A stretch of 64,000 bases of DNA, taken from positions 3,658,001-3,722,000 of the forward strand of contig NC_079238.1 of NCBI RefSeq assembly GCF_027921745.1. Direction: 5' to 3'. The DNA is from Schizosaccharomyces osmophilus (Eukaryota). Both the position numbers and the translations under genes were made by a program. The notes below the pieces were generated by a model, which was not told the DNA's origin, made no database searches, and was given only the letters and a program-made list of their open reading frames with translations. This document shows, in pieces, positions 22,874-35,214 of this stretch (positions are counted from its first letter, which is position 1; every line of letters starts with the position of its first letter).

Positions 22874-23980
22874 ATGGAATCCCCAGTCAGCCAAAGCTCC
22901 AAGGTGGAAGGCGAAACCAAAGATTTACCAATGAAGTCAGAAACTCCGTCAAGAAATAGTCCAAAAACATCCAGCAGACGCTCTAGTCGTTCCGAAGAGA
23001 TTCCAAATAAAGCGCCTGTTAAGGAATCGCAAAACCAGCAAAGTGCAAAAAGTCAAACTTCCACGACACAACCAGTTTCAAGTTCCGTGGCCAAAAAGAG
23101 AAAACGACGTACAGTCATAAAAAACGTTGATTACTGTTCCGCATGTGGTGGTCGTGGTTTGTTCCTCTGTTGTGAATCTTGTCCTAGAAGTTTTCATTTG
23201 TCTTGCTTGGACCCGCCGATCACAGAAGATGAAATTCCAGATGGATCCTGGTACTGCACTTCATGTTCTTTGACTCAGCATGTACCTCCAAAACAGCCTC
23301 TTGGTTTATGGTCCCAGCTTTTCGATTGGGTCGATTCGGCAAATGTTTCCCAATACAACTTACCCGATGCAGTAATACATCACTTTCATGGTATAAGTCG
23401 AGACCCAATTGGAAAATATGAAGAGCAAGAGCACATTTCTTCAGAGGCATCGTCTTCATTGCCAAAAGACTCCTCTATCACTGCTCTAGCATACTGTGGT
23501 CATTGTAATAAACCTTCCGTGGGTGCTTGTAAAGTCTTTGGATGTCAAGTTTGTGATACGTTCTACCACAGGGATTGCTTCAAGCATACCAAAGCTTGTC
23601 GTCATGAAGTTGCTAGCAAGCATGGACTTCGCATGCCTCAGAATGCCGTTGTTGTCCGTACACCCGCTTTGCCTGATAAAACCGTACTTTCCGATACTCC
23701 CCCCTTGGTTTCAGGTTGGCAGCTTGCTGTTAAAGAAGAAGTATTCGATGATAACTATGTAAACTTTCCAAGACTGCCGGTCAGTTGTCTATACAAGGTT
23801 TCAGTCGATGGCCTTATTAAGGACTTTCTGTATACAGTTCAGCAGCAAAACAAAAGTTTAGATAAAAGTCGCGAAATGGAAGGCAATATTCAGCCTACTG
23901 TGAAGAGCGCATTAATGACAAAACGAAACCACCCAAAATTGCCTGAAACGCTTAGAGAAATGTTCCTCCATTCCCAATGA
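22874..23980 (+). CDS. cph1: PHD-finger subunit of the Clr6/Rpd3S HDAC complex (Cph1, Rco1-like)
   Basis: PHD NVDYCSACGGRGLFLCCESCPRSFHLSCLDPP...WYCTSC, SID-like segment and a second degenerate PHD. First ATG at 22874; recalled synteny. Confidence 0.8.
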   Translation: MESPVSQSSKVEGETKDLPMKSETPSRNSPKTSSRRSSRSEEIPNKAPVKESQNQQSAKSQTSTTQPVSSSVAKKRKRRTVIKNVDYCSACGGRGLFLCCESCPRSFHLSCLDPPITEDEIPDGSWYCTSCSLTQHVPPKQPLGLWSQLFDWVDSANVSQYNLPDAVIHHFHGISRDPIGKYEEQEHISSEASSSLPKDSSITALAYCGHCNKPSVGACKVFGCQVCDTFYHRDCFKHTKACRHEVASKHGLRMPQNAVVVRTPALPDKTVLSDTPPLVSGWQLAVKEEVFDDNYVNFPRLPVSCLYKVSVDGLIKDFLYTVQQQNKSLDKSREMEGNIQPTVKSALMTKRNHPKLPETLREMFLHSQ

Positions 23981-24370
23981 TGGGCTATGAAGTCAAAGCA
24001 TTTACTTCTTATTAGTTACACAAAAATGAACATCTGAGTGTTTTACAAGTGTTGAGCGCCATATTTAATGAAACTGTACATTATCTAATTATTTTGTTGG
24101 GCAAGTCTTCACTTTTAAGATTTTTATTATATGTTACATAATGTTAATAGTTTATTCTAGTGTAATTTAAAAGACAACATATATCGGAAATAAAGCAATC
24201 TATTAAAACGATCGCCATTGAGTATTACAATCAAAGTAAAAATTTGGCAGCCGTTTGTCTAAAGGAATTTTTACATAGTCAGCGAATAAACCCATCTATA
24301 GTTTGCTCAAGGCTGAGTGATTTTTATAATTTAGAGTGCCTAAAGATGATTTTAATTCATAAACATAGCA

Positions 24371-27148
24371 CTAGAACCGTGTCAAATCCCCAATATCGCT
24401 TTCATTATCACCGACTTGACTTTGAAAATCTTCAAAATCTGTAACATTACTTTCTCTGCGCCGATATTGAGAAAATGTGTTCCACTCCTCAAGGTATGAA
24501 GGTGAATACAAGCTCTGTAGGTTCGAAAGATTAGGGAACAAGGAATTATGGGCTCCCTGAATTGGAGATAGTGATCGCAGGACATTAAGATCTCTCTTAA
24601 AATTTTGCGGTTTTTGGGGTGGGATCAAGATCATCGAAAACTTTTGAAGGCTATTCAGGGTTCCCTCAACCAGGCACCCTTCCTCCTTACAATGTGAAAC
24701 GAAGTGGTACCATAAGGCATGCTTGGCTAATACCTTAGGATTACCTAAAACAATAACACCATATTTGGCCCGAGTCAACGCAACATTCAATCTTCTTGGA
24801 TCATTCAAAAATCCAATACCTTGATGCTCGCTTGAACGAACACATGATAATATAATAAAATCTTTTTCGCGTCCTTGGAAAGCATCCACGGAAGCCACTT
24901 CAACATACTTATACAGATCCTTCTGCATGGAGCCATTGTTCTGCATATATTGCACAATGTAAGACCGTTGACCATCATACGGAGTAATGATACCAATTTG
25001 CTCAGGTAGAACATTGCATTTTAAGAAGCGAGTAACAATTTTTTCACAAGTAGATGCTTCTGTACGATTCAAGTATGATGTACCACTTGCTGACAGTTCT
25101 TCTTGGCCAAAATTAGCATAGAACATCAAAGGTTCGTCAGGTTGGATCCATGGAAAGTCAACGTGTCGAGCAATACGTTCGGACGTCGTAACACCGTTTT
25201 GCAAAGTACCCTCATAGAAAGTGTTCGAAGGAAACTTAGACAGGCAAGGATGCATACGATATTGTACAACCAACCTAAATGGTGAGTTTCCTAGGATAAT
25301 CATCCGCTCAAATAATGATTGCGAAAGCCGTGCTTGAGCTACCTTCTTATTCATAACGACCGGCCCCAATTGTTGATGGTCTCCCACCAAAACCACTTGT
25401 TTAGCACCTAGAACCAAAGGAATCATACATTCCGCTTCAGATGCTTGAGTGGCTTCGTCAATCAATACGGAACGAAACCTATATTTTGCTACTCTCTTGT
25501 CACCAGCACCAACGCATGTACAGCAAATAACATGAGCCGCTCGAAGCAGTTCGCGCTCAGCAGCTGCTATCAAAATTCGAAGCCGCTTTTCGTCCTGTAA
25601 GGAAAGCTCGTTATTCTCAGCGCGCAACTTGAAGAGACGTTGAAGCTCAGGATTTCCTTGGTAATTTTTTATTTGTTCGTGTAAAGAAAGGAATGAAACC
25701 GAAGATTCAATGTCTTCCCTAGATTTAGCAGCAACACGAATCACGCGTAAACCAGTGCGGTTTATCTTTTCTGCAAGCTGATCAACAGCAACGTTGGAGG
25801 GAGCACACACCAAAACAGGTAAAGGAGATTTTCTTTTTCTGTTTTGAATAGTAGCCAAATGGTAAACAATTGAAGCGGAGGTTACAGTTTTACCTGTACC
25901 CGGAGGGCCTTGAATTAAAGAAAGAGGTTTACTCAGAACAGATCGAACAGCTTCACGTTGACTAGCATTGAGTTTGGGGAGGTTAGGTACCGAATAGTCC
26001 GAGGGAAACTTTGGTTTGAAGGATGAAGGAAAAATATCATGTCCAAGGAATTTATGATAAAGGTAAGAAGATAAACGAGATCCATCGTTAGCAAAAAGTT
26101 TCAGAGCAACTTGCATTCGGTCAAAAGAGGTTGACTTCCATACATAATCGACGGAAAAATTGTGTAAGCATTCGATAGGGACATTATCAGAGCGCTTCAA
26201 CTCTAAACCAACTTCGTCAGAAACGTTGTTTGGAATTTTTATAACATATCCAGTCGAACTCCAACGTGGTCTCAGCTCACCTTCATAGGTAAGCTTCATT
26301 TCATCACCGATGGCGAGTCGAATCTCACCGGACTCAAGTTTGGGTAACAAAAACCAAGTAGTATACCTTCTATTGATAGCTTGATCCCATCGAACAGCAA
26401 CATCTTTTTGAGTTTGCGATTCCTTGAGTCTTTTATCATATTCTGCTTCTGCCTGAATCAGGGGAGAGAGAATGGCTTGGTATTCATGGGCATCTTTATA
26501 ACGAAGTTCAACAGAAGGGAGGGAATCATCCTCGATGGGTTTATCAAGATCTTCCAAAGTTGCATGAGAGTCTTTACGCCAAAGTTCCTCTAAACGAATA
26601 ATTTGTTGAGACGTAATAGGAGACGCGAGTTTTTGCTCTTCTTCAGAAGGAGGCGTAATCAACCATGGTAAGAATTGGCGATCTGAGATAATAGGTTGCC
26701 ATTGAGACAAATCCCAGTTCATATCCTTGGCAAGGCTAGACTTGGCGCAAGGCTGTCGACAGAGTAGTACTACTACCGTTTTCGCTTTTGCCGGAATGAA
26801 ACCGAGCAAAAACACGTTTCGAGTGCCACAGTTGTAGCATTCTAAAGTCGTATCCGACAGAGGAGACTCGCTGTGTAGCGATACTTGCTTATGCCGAGCA
26901 CGCACTAAATGGATAACAATATGAGAGGCTCCAGACTTTCCCCTGGTGTTACAAAACCATTTGTTACAATGTAAGCACTTCACGATCGAGTTTGGATTCG
27001 ATACGTTACAATAAGCGCAACATTCTGTTCTTCTTCTGTTTTCAACTGCTAAATTTTCCATCTGAGTATCCAATCCGTTAATTGAATTCATGGCTGTAGT
27101 CAAGTTCAAGTCGAAACCATTTTGATAGTATTTAGACTTTAAAGACAT
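24371..27148 (-). CDS. upf1: NMD RNA helicase Upf1 (925 aa from ATG 27148)
   Basis: CH domain (CAYC...[11 protein letters not shown]...HLVRARH); SF1 motifs [30 protein letters not shown] and RLNVALTRA. Confidence 0.97.
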   Translation of the reverse strand: MSLKSKYYQNGFDLNLTTAMNSINGLDTQMENLAVENRRRTECCAYCNVSNPNSIVKCLHCNKWFCNTRGKSGASHIVIHLVRARHKQVSLHSESPLSDTTLECYNCGTRNVFLLGFIPAKAKTVVVLLCRQPCAKSSLAKDMNWDLSQWQPIISDRQFLPWLITPPSEEEQKLASPITSQQIIRLEELWRKDSHATLEDLDKPIEDDSLPSVELRYKDAHEYQAILSPLIQAEAEYDKRLKESQTQKDVAVRWDQAINRRYTTWFLLPKLESGEIRLAIGDEMKLTYEGELRPRWSSTGYVIKIPNNVSDEVGLELKRSDNVPIECLHNFSVDYVWKSTSFDRMQVALKLFANDGSRLSSYLYHKFLGHDIFPSSFKPKFPSDYSVPNLPKLNASQREAVRSVLSKPLSLIQGPPGTGKTVTSASIVYHLATIQNRKRKSPLPVLVCAPSNVAVDQLAEKINRTGLRVIRVAAKSREDIESSVSFLSLHEQIKNYQGNPELQRLFKLRAENNELSLQDEKRLRILIAAAERELLRAAHVICCTCVGAGDKRVAKYRFRSVLIDEATQASEAECMIPLVLGAKQVVLVGDHQQLGPVVMNKKVAQARLSQSLFERMIILGNSPFRLVVQYRMHPCLSKFPSNTFYEGTLQNGVTTSERIARHVDFPWIQPDEPLMFYANFGQEELSASGTSYLNRTEASTCEKIVTRFLKCNVLPEQIGIITPYDGQRSYIVQYMQNNGSMQKDLYKYVEVASVDAFQGREKDFIILSCVRSSEHQGIGFLNDPRRLNVALTRAKYGVIVLGNPKVLAKHALWYHFVSHCKEEGCLVEGTLNSLQKFSMILIPPQKPQNFKRDLNVLRSLSPIQGAHNSLFPNLSNLQSLYSPSYLEEWNTFSQYRRRESNVTDFEDFQSQVGDNESDIGDLTRF

Positions 27149-27710
27149 GGAAGCTATACTCATGCACTGTCTTTGACGACCAAACTTGCAGAGCGTTGAT
27201 ATAGATTCTTGTTGCTCTACTTCTACTGGTGTGCACAACTCCTTTAATGAGGTATACCGATGAACAACGTACCCTTGCAAGCTACAGTTATTTGTTTATA
27301 AATATATATTTTAATGAACAAGTAAATAAATAAATGGTATGAAATTCTTGCTCATTTGCTATGGTTTTTTATGATACTCTGCTAGTTTATAAGTTCATTA
27401 GATATTTATTTATATTAAAAAAAGGTTTCCTACAAAGTTTTAGTAAAATTCCAATTTTATTTATTGACATTTTCGTTTTGGCATAGGGGAAGATTTACCG
27501 GTTTGTAGCACACGAAGAAAAAAAGAAACAAAGGGGTAAATAACTATAAAAGGTTCATTGCTGCATTGATAAATTAATATCACAAGTTAAAAAACATGCA
27601 GTAAGTCATGCGATAGGATTCTGAAGCAGACCAAACAAAGCGTCAAGCTTCTATATGAAAGCACAGAAAGCTCATAAATTCCTAATTTGAAAATGTAATT
27701 GTTAAAATTT

Positions 27711-27920
27711 TATTTACTTGAATAACCCAAAAAAATTCACTATTTACCATATATTTGCAAAAGATTGAAATATCTTTTATTTATTTACATCGTTGGTTAC
27801 TTCGTCACTTACACACACTACACACTAACACAGCAACACTGGGATTTCAACTTGGTTCATCGATCTTTTACTTTATTCAAAAATTGTAAATAATTTATCA
27901 ACCGGATACTTATTATTTAC
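27711..27920. promoter_or_regulatory. Cluster of five forkhead FLEX cores (GTAAAYA) upstream of pom2
   Basis: TATTTAC at 27711, 27741, 27782 and 27914; GTAAATA at 27886. Confidence 0.55.
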
Positions 27921-28190
27921 CGTATTTTTTTCAGAGATTTCGAAAGCTTCGGCGAGGTGTGGAATGCTCCGTACTTAAAACGCTTGCTGTGCTTTCTTTC
28001 AACCGTTACATATCTCAGTACTCTTGTATTTTCAAAATAAATATAGTTGAAATACTAAAGTACTATTTAATAGTCAAGTTTTTGGCGCTTTGTTCCTTGG
28101 GAGACCGCTCACGTTCTTTTCAATCCCACAACCTTTCTCATATGCACAAGCGTTTTCCTATCATATATCCGTGGTTTTTTTCAATTTATT

Positions 28191-30758
28191 ATGGAAAATC
28201 CAAATGATCATCCAGCTACGACCAACAATCACCGTAAACATCCTTCGATCACTTTACTAGGTTTACGGTCTGACAAACATTCAAAAGACTCTTCTCGTCA
28301 TCATTTACCAAAGTTTGCACACACAAATCCCATTAGTGCTTCACGACCGCTTTTGCAGCATCAGTATTCGCAAAACAGCAAAATCTTGGCTGAGGTGTTT
28401 CAAAAGGCTAAGCTCTCTAGAGATACGTCCGCACCTCCTATGAATGTCAAACAAGAGGAGGCTAATATTTCTGACATAATAGACGTAAGCAACAATCAGC
28501 CGAACAGCCCTTCCTTCGCAATGAATACTAATCAAAACGATGCTGAAACCAAATTCGACAATGAACTCGCTATAGAAAACAACACAAATAAAGTCGAAAA
28601 CAAAAAGCCTGTCAACCCTCCTTTATTTCAGAATAGAAGGATTGTTTTAGATAAGTTAGTCCAACCTGAACTAGGAAGCAAGCCGTTGGGCCCGAGTGAA
28701 GCTGCTGTAGGTAATACAGGGAACGAAGAAATTACATCCTCTTCAAGTTCAACTGTGAAAACCCCTCTAGGGGAAAGGTATCAAGAAAATCTTCCCTTAA
28801 ATAATTTCAGTGTTGCAAAGGAACCCAAAGATTACGCATTGAAAGAACACTCTATTTCTAATTTATCTGCAAACAATCCGTCTACGCCAACCTCTCATAC
28901 GAATGGTCCAGGTGGACCAAGAAGCTTGAATAACTCATCAGGACATGCGGCCTCTGGGATATTGGAGACAGATAGGCTTGTACAACCTGTGCCGAATCGG
29001 GACTCAAATTTACAGCATTCACCTTTCCGCGTCGATTACAGTCGAACGAGTAATTACAATGATTCCTCACATTTTTTAAGAAGAAATAAGTTTTTTCCTG
29101 GAAGGTCTTTTTCTCCAATGTCGGAAATAGTTGGAATAAATGACATTTCCTCTAATACGGATTTCTCCGATCTCCGCTCTGATGTGTGCTCATATGAGAG
29201 GAATATTCCTGCAACAACAAGTAAAATTGCTAGCTATTCTTCCGCTTCAACTTTTAGACGATTACCAAGGGCACCAGGCTCTAAGGTTCATACGGAGGTC
29301 CCCAAATCACCTCTACGCCCTCGAACGAACTATCGACCTCTTAATTATAGCTCAAAGATTGGCCCTGTTTCATTCGACAGATTACTAAAAGATGCAGATT
29401 TAGTAATGCAGAGTTTGGCCTCTCGACAACAACATAAACTAATACAGGAATCGAAGAATACCAGAAGACTTCAAAAGACTATTCGCCCATATCCTCCAAG
29501 ATCCCTTAAAAGACTATCTGAATATGAACGAGCACGTCTTACCGCTTATGAATTGGAAGAAGTAAAGGACTTTCCTGAAATATACTTTATAGGATCCCGT
29601 GGCTGTGATAAAGTGAGTAAAGTTATAGCCCCCGGATGTACCGAAGAATTGGCATTTGATGATCCTAATGGAGATTATAGAGTCAACGTTGGTGATCACC
29701 TATTCTATCGGTACGAGGTTATAAACAAAGTCGGTAAAGGTAGTTTTGGCGAAGTGTTACGTTGTATCGATTACAAGTATGGAAAGTTGGTTGCAATTAA
29801 AGTCATCCGAAATCGTGTAAAATGCTATGATCAAGCATTAATTGAAGCCGGAATCCTTGAAAGGTTGACGAAAGATGAGAGTTTCATTGAGAGCAATATT
29901 ATTCGATACTTTGATCATTTTAACTTCAGAAACCATCTTTGTATCGTGACTGAATTGCTGGGTGAAAATCTTTTTGAGGTAATAAGAGACAATAATTATA
30001 AAGGATTTCCTCTCATTATTGTGAAGAGCTTCACAGCCCAGCTACTTAAGTCTTTAAATTTCCTTCAAAAACAAGGAATTATACACTGCGATCTGAAACC
30101 GGAAAATCTTTTGCTTTGTGATCACACAAATGCAAGGGTCAAGTTGATTGACTTTGGAAGCAGTTGCAGGTATAATGAAAAAGTTTATACTTACTTGCAA
30201 TCAAGGTTTTATCGTGCCCCCGAAGTTATACTAGGAATGCCTTATGGAAAGGAAATTGATATTTGGAGTTTTGGCTGTATTTTAGCAGAATTATACACCG
30301 GTATACCTCTTTTTCCAGGCGCTAATGAGGCTGAACAATTGGGTTATATAATGGAGGTTCTAGGTGTTCCGCCAAGAGAGTTGATAACCATTTCAACCAG
30401 GTCAAAAATTTATTTTGATTCTCAAGGACAGGCTCATCCAATATTTAATAGTCGAGGTCGTCCCCTTATACCTTCAACCAAAAGAATAGATCAACTCACC
30501 CGCTGTAAAAGCCCTTCTTTCCTGGACTTAATCTCAAAGTGCTTACAGTGGGACCCCAAAAAACGCATAACAATTGAAATGGCTTTACGACATGAATTTA
30601 TCATAGGCAATAATTCAGAAAACATGCTAAGAAGGACGCCTTTAAATAGTCCGATCAACAGCCCAATTAAAGGTTCTAACTCAAAATTAAAAAATCCTGT
30701 TTCTCATTCTAGGATCGCTCATCCTCTGCCTAATCCTCCTTTGTATCATAACCCATAG
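28191..30758 (+). CDS. pom2: DYRK-family protein kinase, Pom1 paralog (Pom2/Ppk5)
   Basis: DH box FDDPNGDY, GKGSFG, HCDLKPEN, DFGSSC, activation loop VYTYLQSRFYRAPE (YxY); long disordered N-terminus; recalled synteny with SPAC16C9.07. Confidence 0.85.
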   Translation: MENPNDHPATTNNHRKHPSITLLGLRSDKHSKDSSRHHLPKFAHTNPISASRPLLQHQYSQNSKILAEVFQKAKLSRDTSAPPMNVKQEEANISDIIDVSNNQPNSPSFAMNTNQNDAETKFDNELAIENNTNKVENKKPVNPPLFQNRRIVLDKLVQPELGSKPLGPSEAAVGNTGNEEITSSSSSTVKTPLGERYQENLPLNNFSVAKEPKDYALKEHSISNLSANNPSTPTSHTNGPGGPRSLNNSSGHAASGILETDRLVQPVPNRDSNLQHSPFRVDYSRTSNYNDSSHFLRRNKFFPGRSFSPMSEIVGINDISSNTDFSDLRSDVCSYERNIPATTSKIASYSSASTFRRLPRAPGSKVHTEVPKSPLRPRTNYRPLNYSSKIGPVSFDRLLKDADLVMQSLASRQQHKLIQESKNTRRLQKTIRPYPPRSLKRLSEYERARLTAYELEEVKDFPEIYFIGSRGCDKVSKVIAPGCTEELAFDDPNGDYRVNVGDHLFYRYEVINKVGKGSFGEVLRCIDYKYGKLVAIKVIRNRVKCYDQALIEAGILERLTKDESFIESNIIRYFDHFNFRNHLCIVTELLGENLFEVIRDNNYKGFPLIIVKSFTAQLLKSLNFLQKQGIIHCDLKPENLLLCDHTNARVKLIDFGSSCRYNEKVYTYLQSRFYRAPEVILGMPYGKEIDIWSFGCILAELYTGIPLFPGANEAEQLGYIMEVLGVPPRELITISTRSKIYFDSQGQAHPIFNSRGRPLIPSTKRIDQLTRCKSPSFLDLISKCLQWDPKKRITIEMALRHEFIIGNNSENMLRRTPLNSPINSPIKGSNSKLKNPVSHSRIAHPLPNPPLYHNP

Positions 30759-31168
30759 GGTCGTTCCATATTTTTGGCGGGCATAACTGGACATATTTAT
30801 TCTTGCTTTCACTTGTTTACTATAGTTGTCATTGCTTTTCCGCATGCTCTTTACGTTCTACTTCGTCCCTCGTTTATAGGTTTAATCTTTTGCGTATTCT
30901 ATACATTATTTGGATGCTAGAATTCTGAGTTGACATTATAGTTTAATTGCCAATGTATTGTAATTTATCTTTAAATAAGCATTATATAGGAAAGAATCAT
31001 CCAATTTCATTTCTCTATATATTGGGTATTTTGCATTATATTGTTACCTGTCCTTATTGTTACCTTTCCTCTTTATTTTCAGCATAAACATTTTCGCAAA
31101 TTTCATTTTCTTCTACGAAGGCCGAAAGGCAGGTTTTTGAGAATTAGGGGAATTTATTCCTTAAAATA

Positions 31169-34100
31169 ATGAGTTTACAAACCCTAACGAAGAGCATTCG
31201 AGACAAGAATGGAAATCGCGTAGAACAAGTCGAGCTGGCACACAATTTATGCCATAACAATATTCCGACTTACTTTCCCAATAAAGAAGAGTTTGTGGTA
31301 ACATTCTTGTTAGACAGACTTAAAGAAGACACAAAAAATGGGTAAGTATTTCGTGCAGTAATGCCTTCAAACTTCTAATCTTTGCAGACAATATGAAACG
31401 TGCCTGAACAATAAATACTGGGACTTACTATTATTTGTATGGAATTCAGATAAAATCTCGATCAGTTTTAAGGTGAATTCAGTTCGAAGACAACCTATTC
31501 TACCAATTATTATCGATGTACTTGATGTCCTGAGTACTCGATTTGACAAGTCCATTTTTCTGAGTGTATGCGAAAATTTTGTTACTATCTATAGCTCTTC
31601 TGATATTCTGTTTTCTTCCAGGTCCTTCCCTGATCAAGTATCTGACTTATTATCACGGTTCTGCCATATCTTTGCTCTACATCGTAACAATGCTGATAAT
31701 GATTTTGCGGATAATCGTATTCAGAAGGTATTTTGCAAGCTTATTTCGTCTTCATTGCGTGCAACGTCCAATACTCTGAAAGCTAGTGTATATTTTTTAA
31801 GTCATTCACTGAAAGGGATCTTGCAGCTTCTTTCAAGTGCCGATGCAGAAAATAAGAATTACGAATTTATCAAAAGTATTTTGACAACCTGCATACTTAG
31901 TCCCTTCACGCTGGAGGCGCTAGTCGCCAAAAAGGAGAGCAATGAAGACCTCTATTCTCTTTTTCGAAACATTCCTGTTGATCAAGTGGATTTAAAATCT
32001 ATTCCACGCCTTTTCAAAATCTTTTTAGATTGTATCTCCTCATTTTTGTCGGATTCAGGGAAGCATATTTCACAGCAAAAAGCTTCTGATCTCATTTATA
32101 AGCTATATGTTGAACATATGAAATTTCTTTTGACTAATGTAACGGCTTCCAAAGCCACTGTTTTTGAGGCTTTTCGTATGCTTTGTGAAATGCTTGAATC
32201 CGATAAGGTTCATCGAGGAAATCCCGACAAACCGACTTTCGATACTTTGGTAACACTTGCAAGACTATGCATGGATAACTTATCCACAGAAGATATTAGA
32301 CCAACTATTTGGAATATTTTTGCATCCTTATTGAATATCGATATTGATTCAGTTTTGCCATTGGCGAACGAACTTTGGAATTTCATTGATCTTTCTAAAC
32401 CAGAAGAAAATCAAAGTATCCTTGTGTACTTACAAAGATTAATTAATGCCCATGTACGAGCAAGAAGCTTTTCCGACTTTTGTTCTGGTTGGAATGACTC
32501 ATTACTTAGATCAACCAGCTTACATACAATATATTTTGGTCATGAGCTTGTGCGTATGGTATCTGCATCTGTGGAAATAGCGTTTACTCCTTCCTCTTTG
32601 AATGATTTGATCTCAAAACTGTTATCTTCCGTTATGAACACAACTTCAGAATCTCGTTACAATCCGCTTCTGCTTTACTACTCTGTCCTTTATGGAATTA
32701 AATCGCGTCATTACGTTGAATCCATTGAAGAAAGGTTGAACGATTTTTATCATCAAATTTTTTTCCCTTGCTTGTCCACGGATTTTAAGGATTTGAAAAA
32801 GCACTCTAGAAATGTTCTGTTAATGTCTCATTATGTCAACATGGATAAGTCACCTTCATATTTGAAAACCACTTATTCTGAAACCGCTCCTGTACTTTTA
32901 AGTTTATTAGACAGTGTCTCAGAAGAATCTGCTGATCATACATGGTCCTTGCAAGTTCTCATATGTTATTTTGAAAAACTACGCCTTAAGGAGGAAAAAT
33001 TATTTGATGAAAAAACTTTCTCTTCGGTTATAAAGTCTTCAATTTCCCGTTCAGTACTATATTTGGATTCTCAAGGTCTTTCTGACTTGATGGAGTTGAC
33101 AGTTGTCGATACTTCTTCTTGTGGCTTAACAACCACCTTACTGCTTAGATGGTTACGGCCCATTAACCTCTATTTATCGAGGGATGAAGTAAAAAGCTGG
33201 TTGTTAAAAGTTTGTGGAAAGCTATTAAGGATTTCATTTTCACCTAAAACTCAAGATGAGACACTGCTTCTGGAAGCTTGGAGATTATTTCTGCAAAGTT
33301 CTGAGACATACGAGCTCCCTGTGATTTTTGATGGTCTTTTAAGTACGTTTTCTCGTCTTATTTATCCCGAGGACGTCCCTAGTACTTCCGATGTAGTCAG
33401 TGTATACGAATCTAATAAGGAGATTACTTTAAAATTTACCCCGGAAAGCCTTGAATTTGTTTTGAACTGTTTAAAGTATCTTCCATTAAGATGTATTCAG
33501 AAACAATATCGTGTCCGTATACTGAACATCTTGTGCTCCTTCAGAAGGAATTTACTAATAGACCAGCCTGGTACTAAACATTCATTATACTCAGTGCTGG
33601 CAAGGCTCGTGCAAGTTCCTTGCTCTGCTGCATTGTATAACTGTTACCAAATTGTTTATCAAATTATCAATGACTTAAATCCAGAGACATCGGAAAAGTA
33701 CGAGAAAGATATAAAGCTGACGATCAAATATTGGATTGCGCACATCGATAGCGAAAATAAAACTAATGTACTGAATAATCTTATAGGATTCTTTCTTGAA
33801 AATCAAGAGCAGGTGCCTATGTATGGTATGAGCATTTTCTTAAATGAACTGGTGCAATATTTTCCAAATTTTCGACAAGTACCGAAGGATGAAGAAGTCG
33901 TTTCCAAGATCAGACTTTGTTCAGGAATAATTTTGAATAAGGTTTCGTATATTTTGGATAAATTTGACATTTCACATATAGCAGTATTGACAAAATTATT
34001 GGAATGTTGCAATTCCTTTCTGCGCACATTTCAACCGGCAGAAACCGAACAAAAATTATACCATAAGGTCAGGACAAGTGTTGAGGCCGCGGCCTCTTCG

Positions 34101-35183
34101 TTGAATGCTGCTGACTTTGATCTTTCATTTCTCGAGGCATGGATATCGTACCAGTCGTTGCTGGTTAATGATAAACTCGACTTTTTGAAATTGATTGCAC
34201 AGTTGGTTTTTTATCGAAGGTTACTTCATGAATTTACTTTAAGAAGTACAGATATCGAGAGTGCTATATCTAAGTTGACTTTAGATGACTGTTCCGGCGT
34301 TATTGCTGAAGTTTTGTCAGCCATTTTACATACTCATGATGCGTCAGATCACTCAATTTTGTTGAAAGTTATCACCTTGATAGCTAAGTGCTCCGATATC
34401 TTTGAAGTCAATAAAGGTATGACTACTTTGGTACTATGCCTTTGTTCTGGACTACTTACACAAAGGGATGAAACTGATGTGACCACCATTCTTTCTATAT
34501 TGGACGTGTTGGACGTTTTTGCAAACAAAAGTTCCAAGGTATGCAACGTTGATTCTTTTAATTTTATCTTATCGAGCCTGTCCTCAATATTGAGTCCGCA
34601 AAAATCATTGACATCTTCATATGACGAGAATTTGATTGTTTCTAGAATTATTTCCGTGTTAAGAGGAATGCTTTATAACCATCGTTCTTACATGAGCGGT
34701 CGCTTTCATGTGCTTTTTGGCATTCTTAAAAAAATCCTACATTGCATGTTCAAGAAAACCACAAATTCTTTCTTTAAGGCTGACGCTGTACTAAGTACGC
34801 CGAAATGGTTTAAGTCGTCAATGGTAATTTCTGATTATAACGTAATAGCATTTTCAAGGCTATTAAATACCTGGATGAATCCAAATTTAATGCATGATTC
34901 AAATAAAAAAGCATCTACATTAACAGACAGTGAAAGGCAATTTATTAAAGCATCAACGAAACATTTCGTCTTTCTTTTAATCGAATTTCTTTCGCTTCAG
35001 GTTGTTTTTATGATTGATCTGGACACAAAAGAACGCCTTACAGAGACATTTTATTCGGTTTATGGTAACTTGTCCACTTACGAAAAGCATATGGCTTCCA
35101 CATCAATGAATGCTCCAACAAGATCTTTGTTCCACAAGTTTGTTGATAATTGGTCGCGTTTTGCAAAATGGCAAGAATCATAA
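31169..35183 (+). CDS. urb2: Ribosome biogenesis protein Urb2/Npa2, 2 exons: 31169-31341, 31388-35183
   Basis: Exon 1 MSLQTLTKSIRDK...YFPNKEEFV...LLDRL spliced via GTAAGT...CTAAT...CAG. Long helical protein with a C-terminal Urb2-like region (GRFHVL, FSRLL..W). Identity rests partly on recalled synteny. Confidence 0.75.
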
Positions 35184-35214
35184 TTACATTAAGAAAAAAC
35201 TCATTAAGGGAGGT

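Noticed and set aside
18033..27148. nmd3-mot2-upf1 as an mRNA-decay gene cluster
   Set aside because: Nmd3 is a 60S export factor; proximity in a gene-dense genome is unremarkable, and no shared regulatory element was seen.
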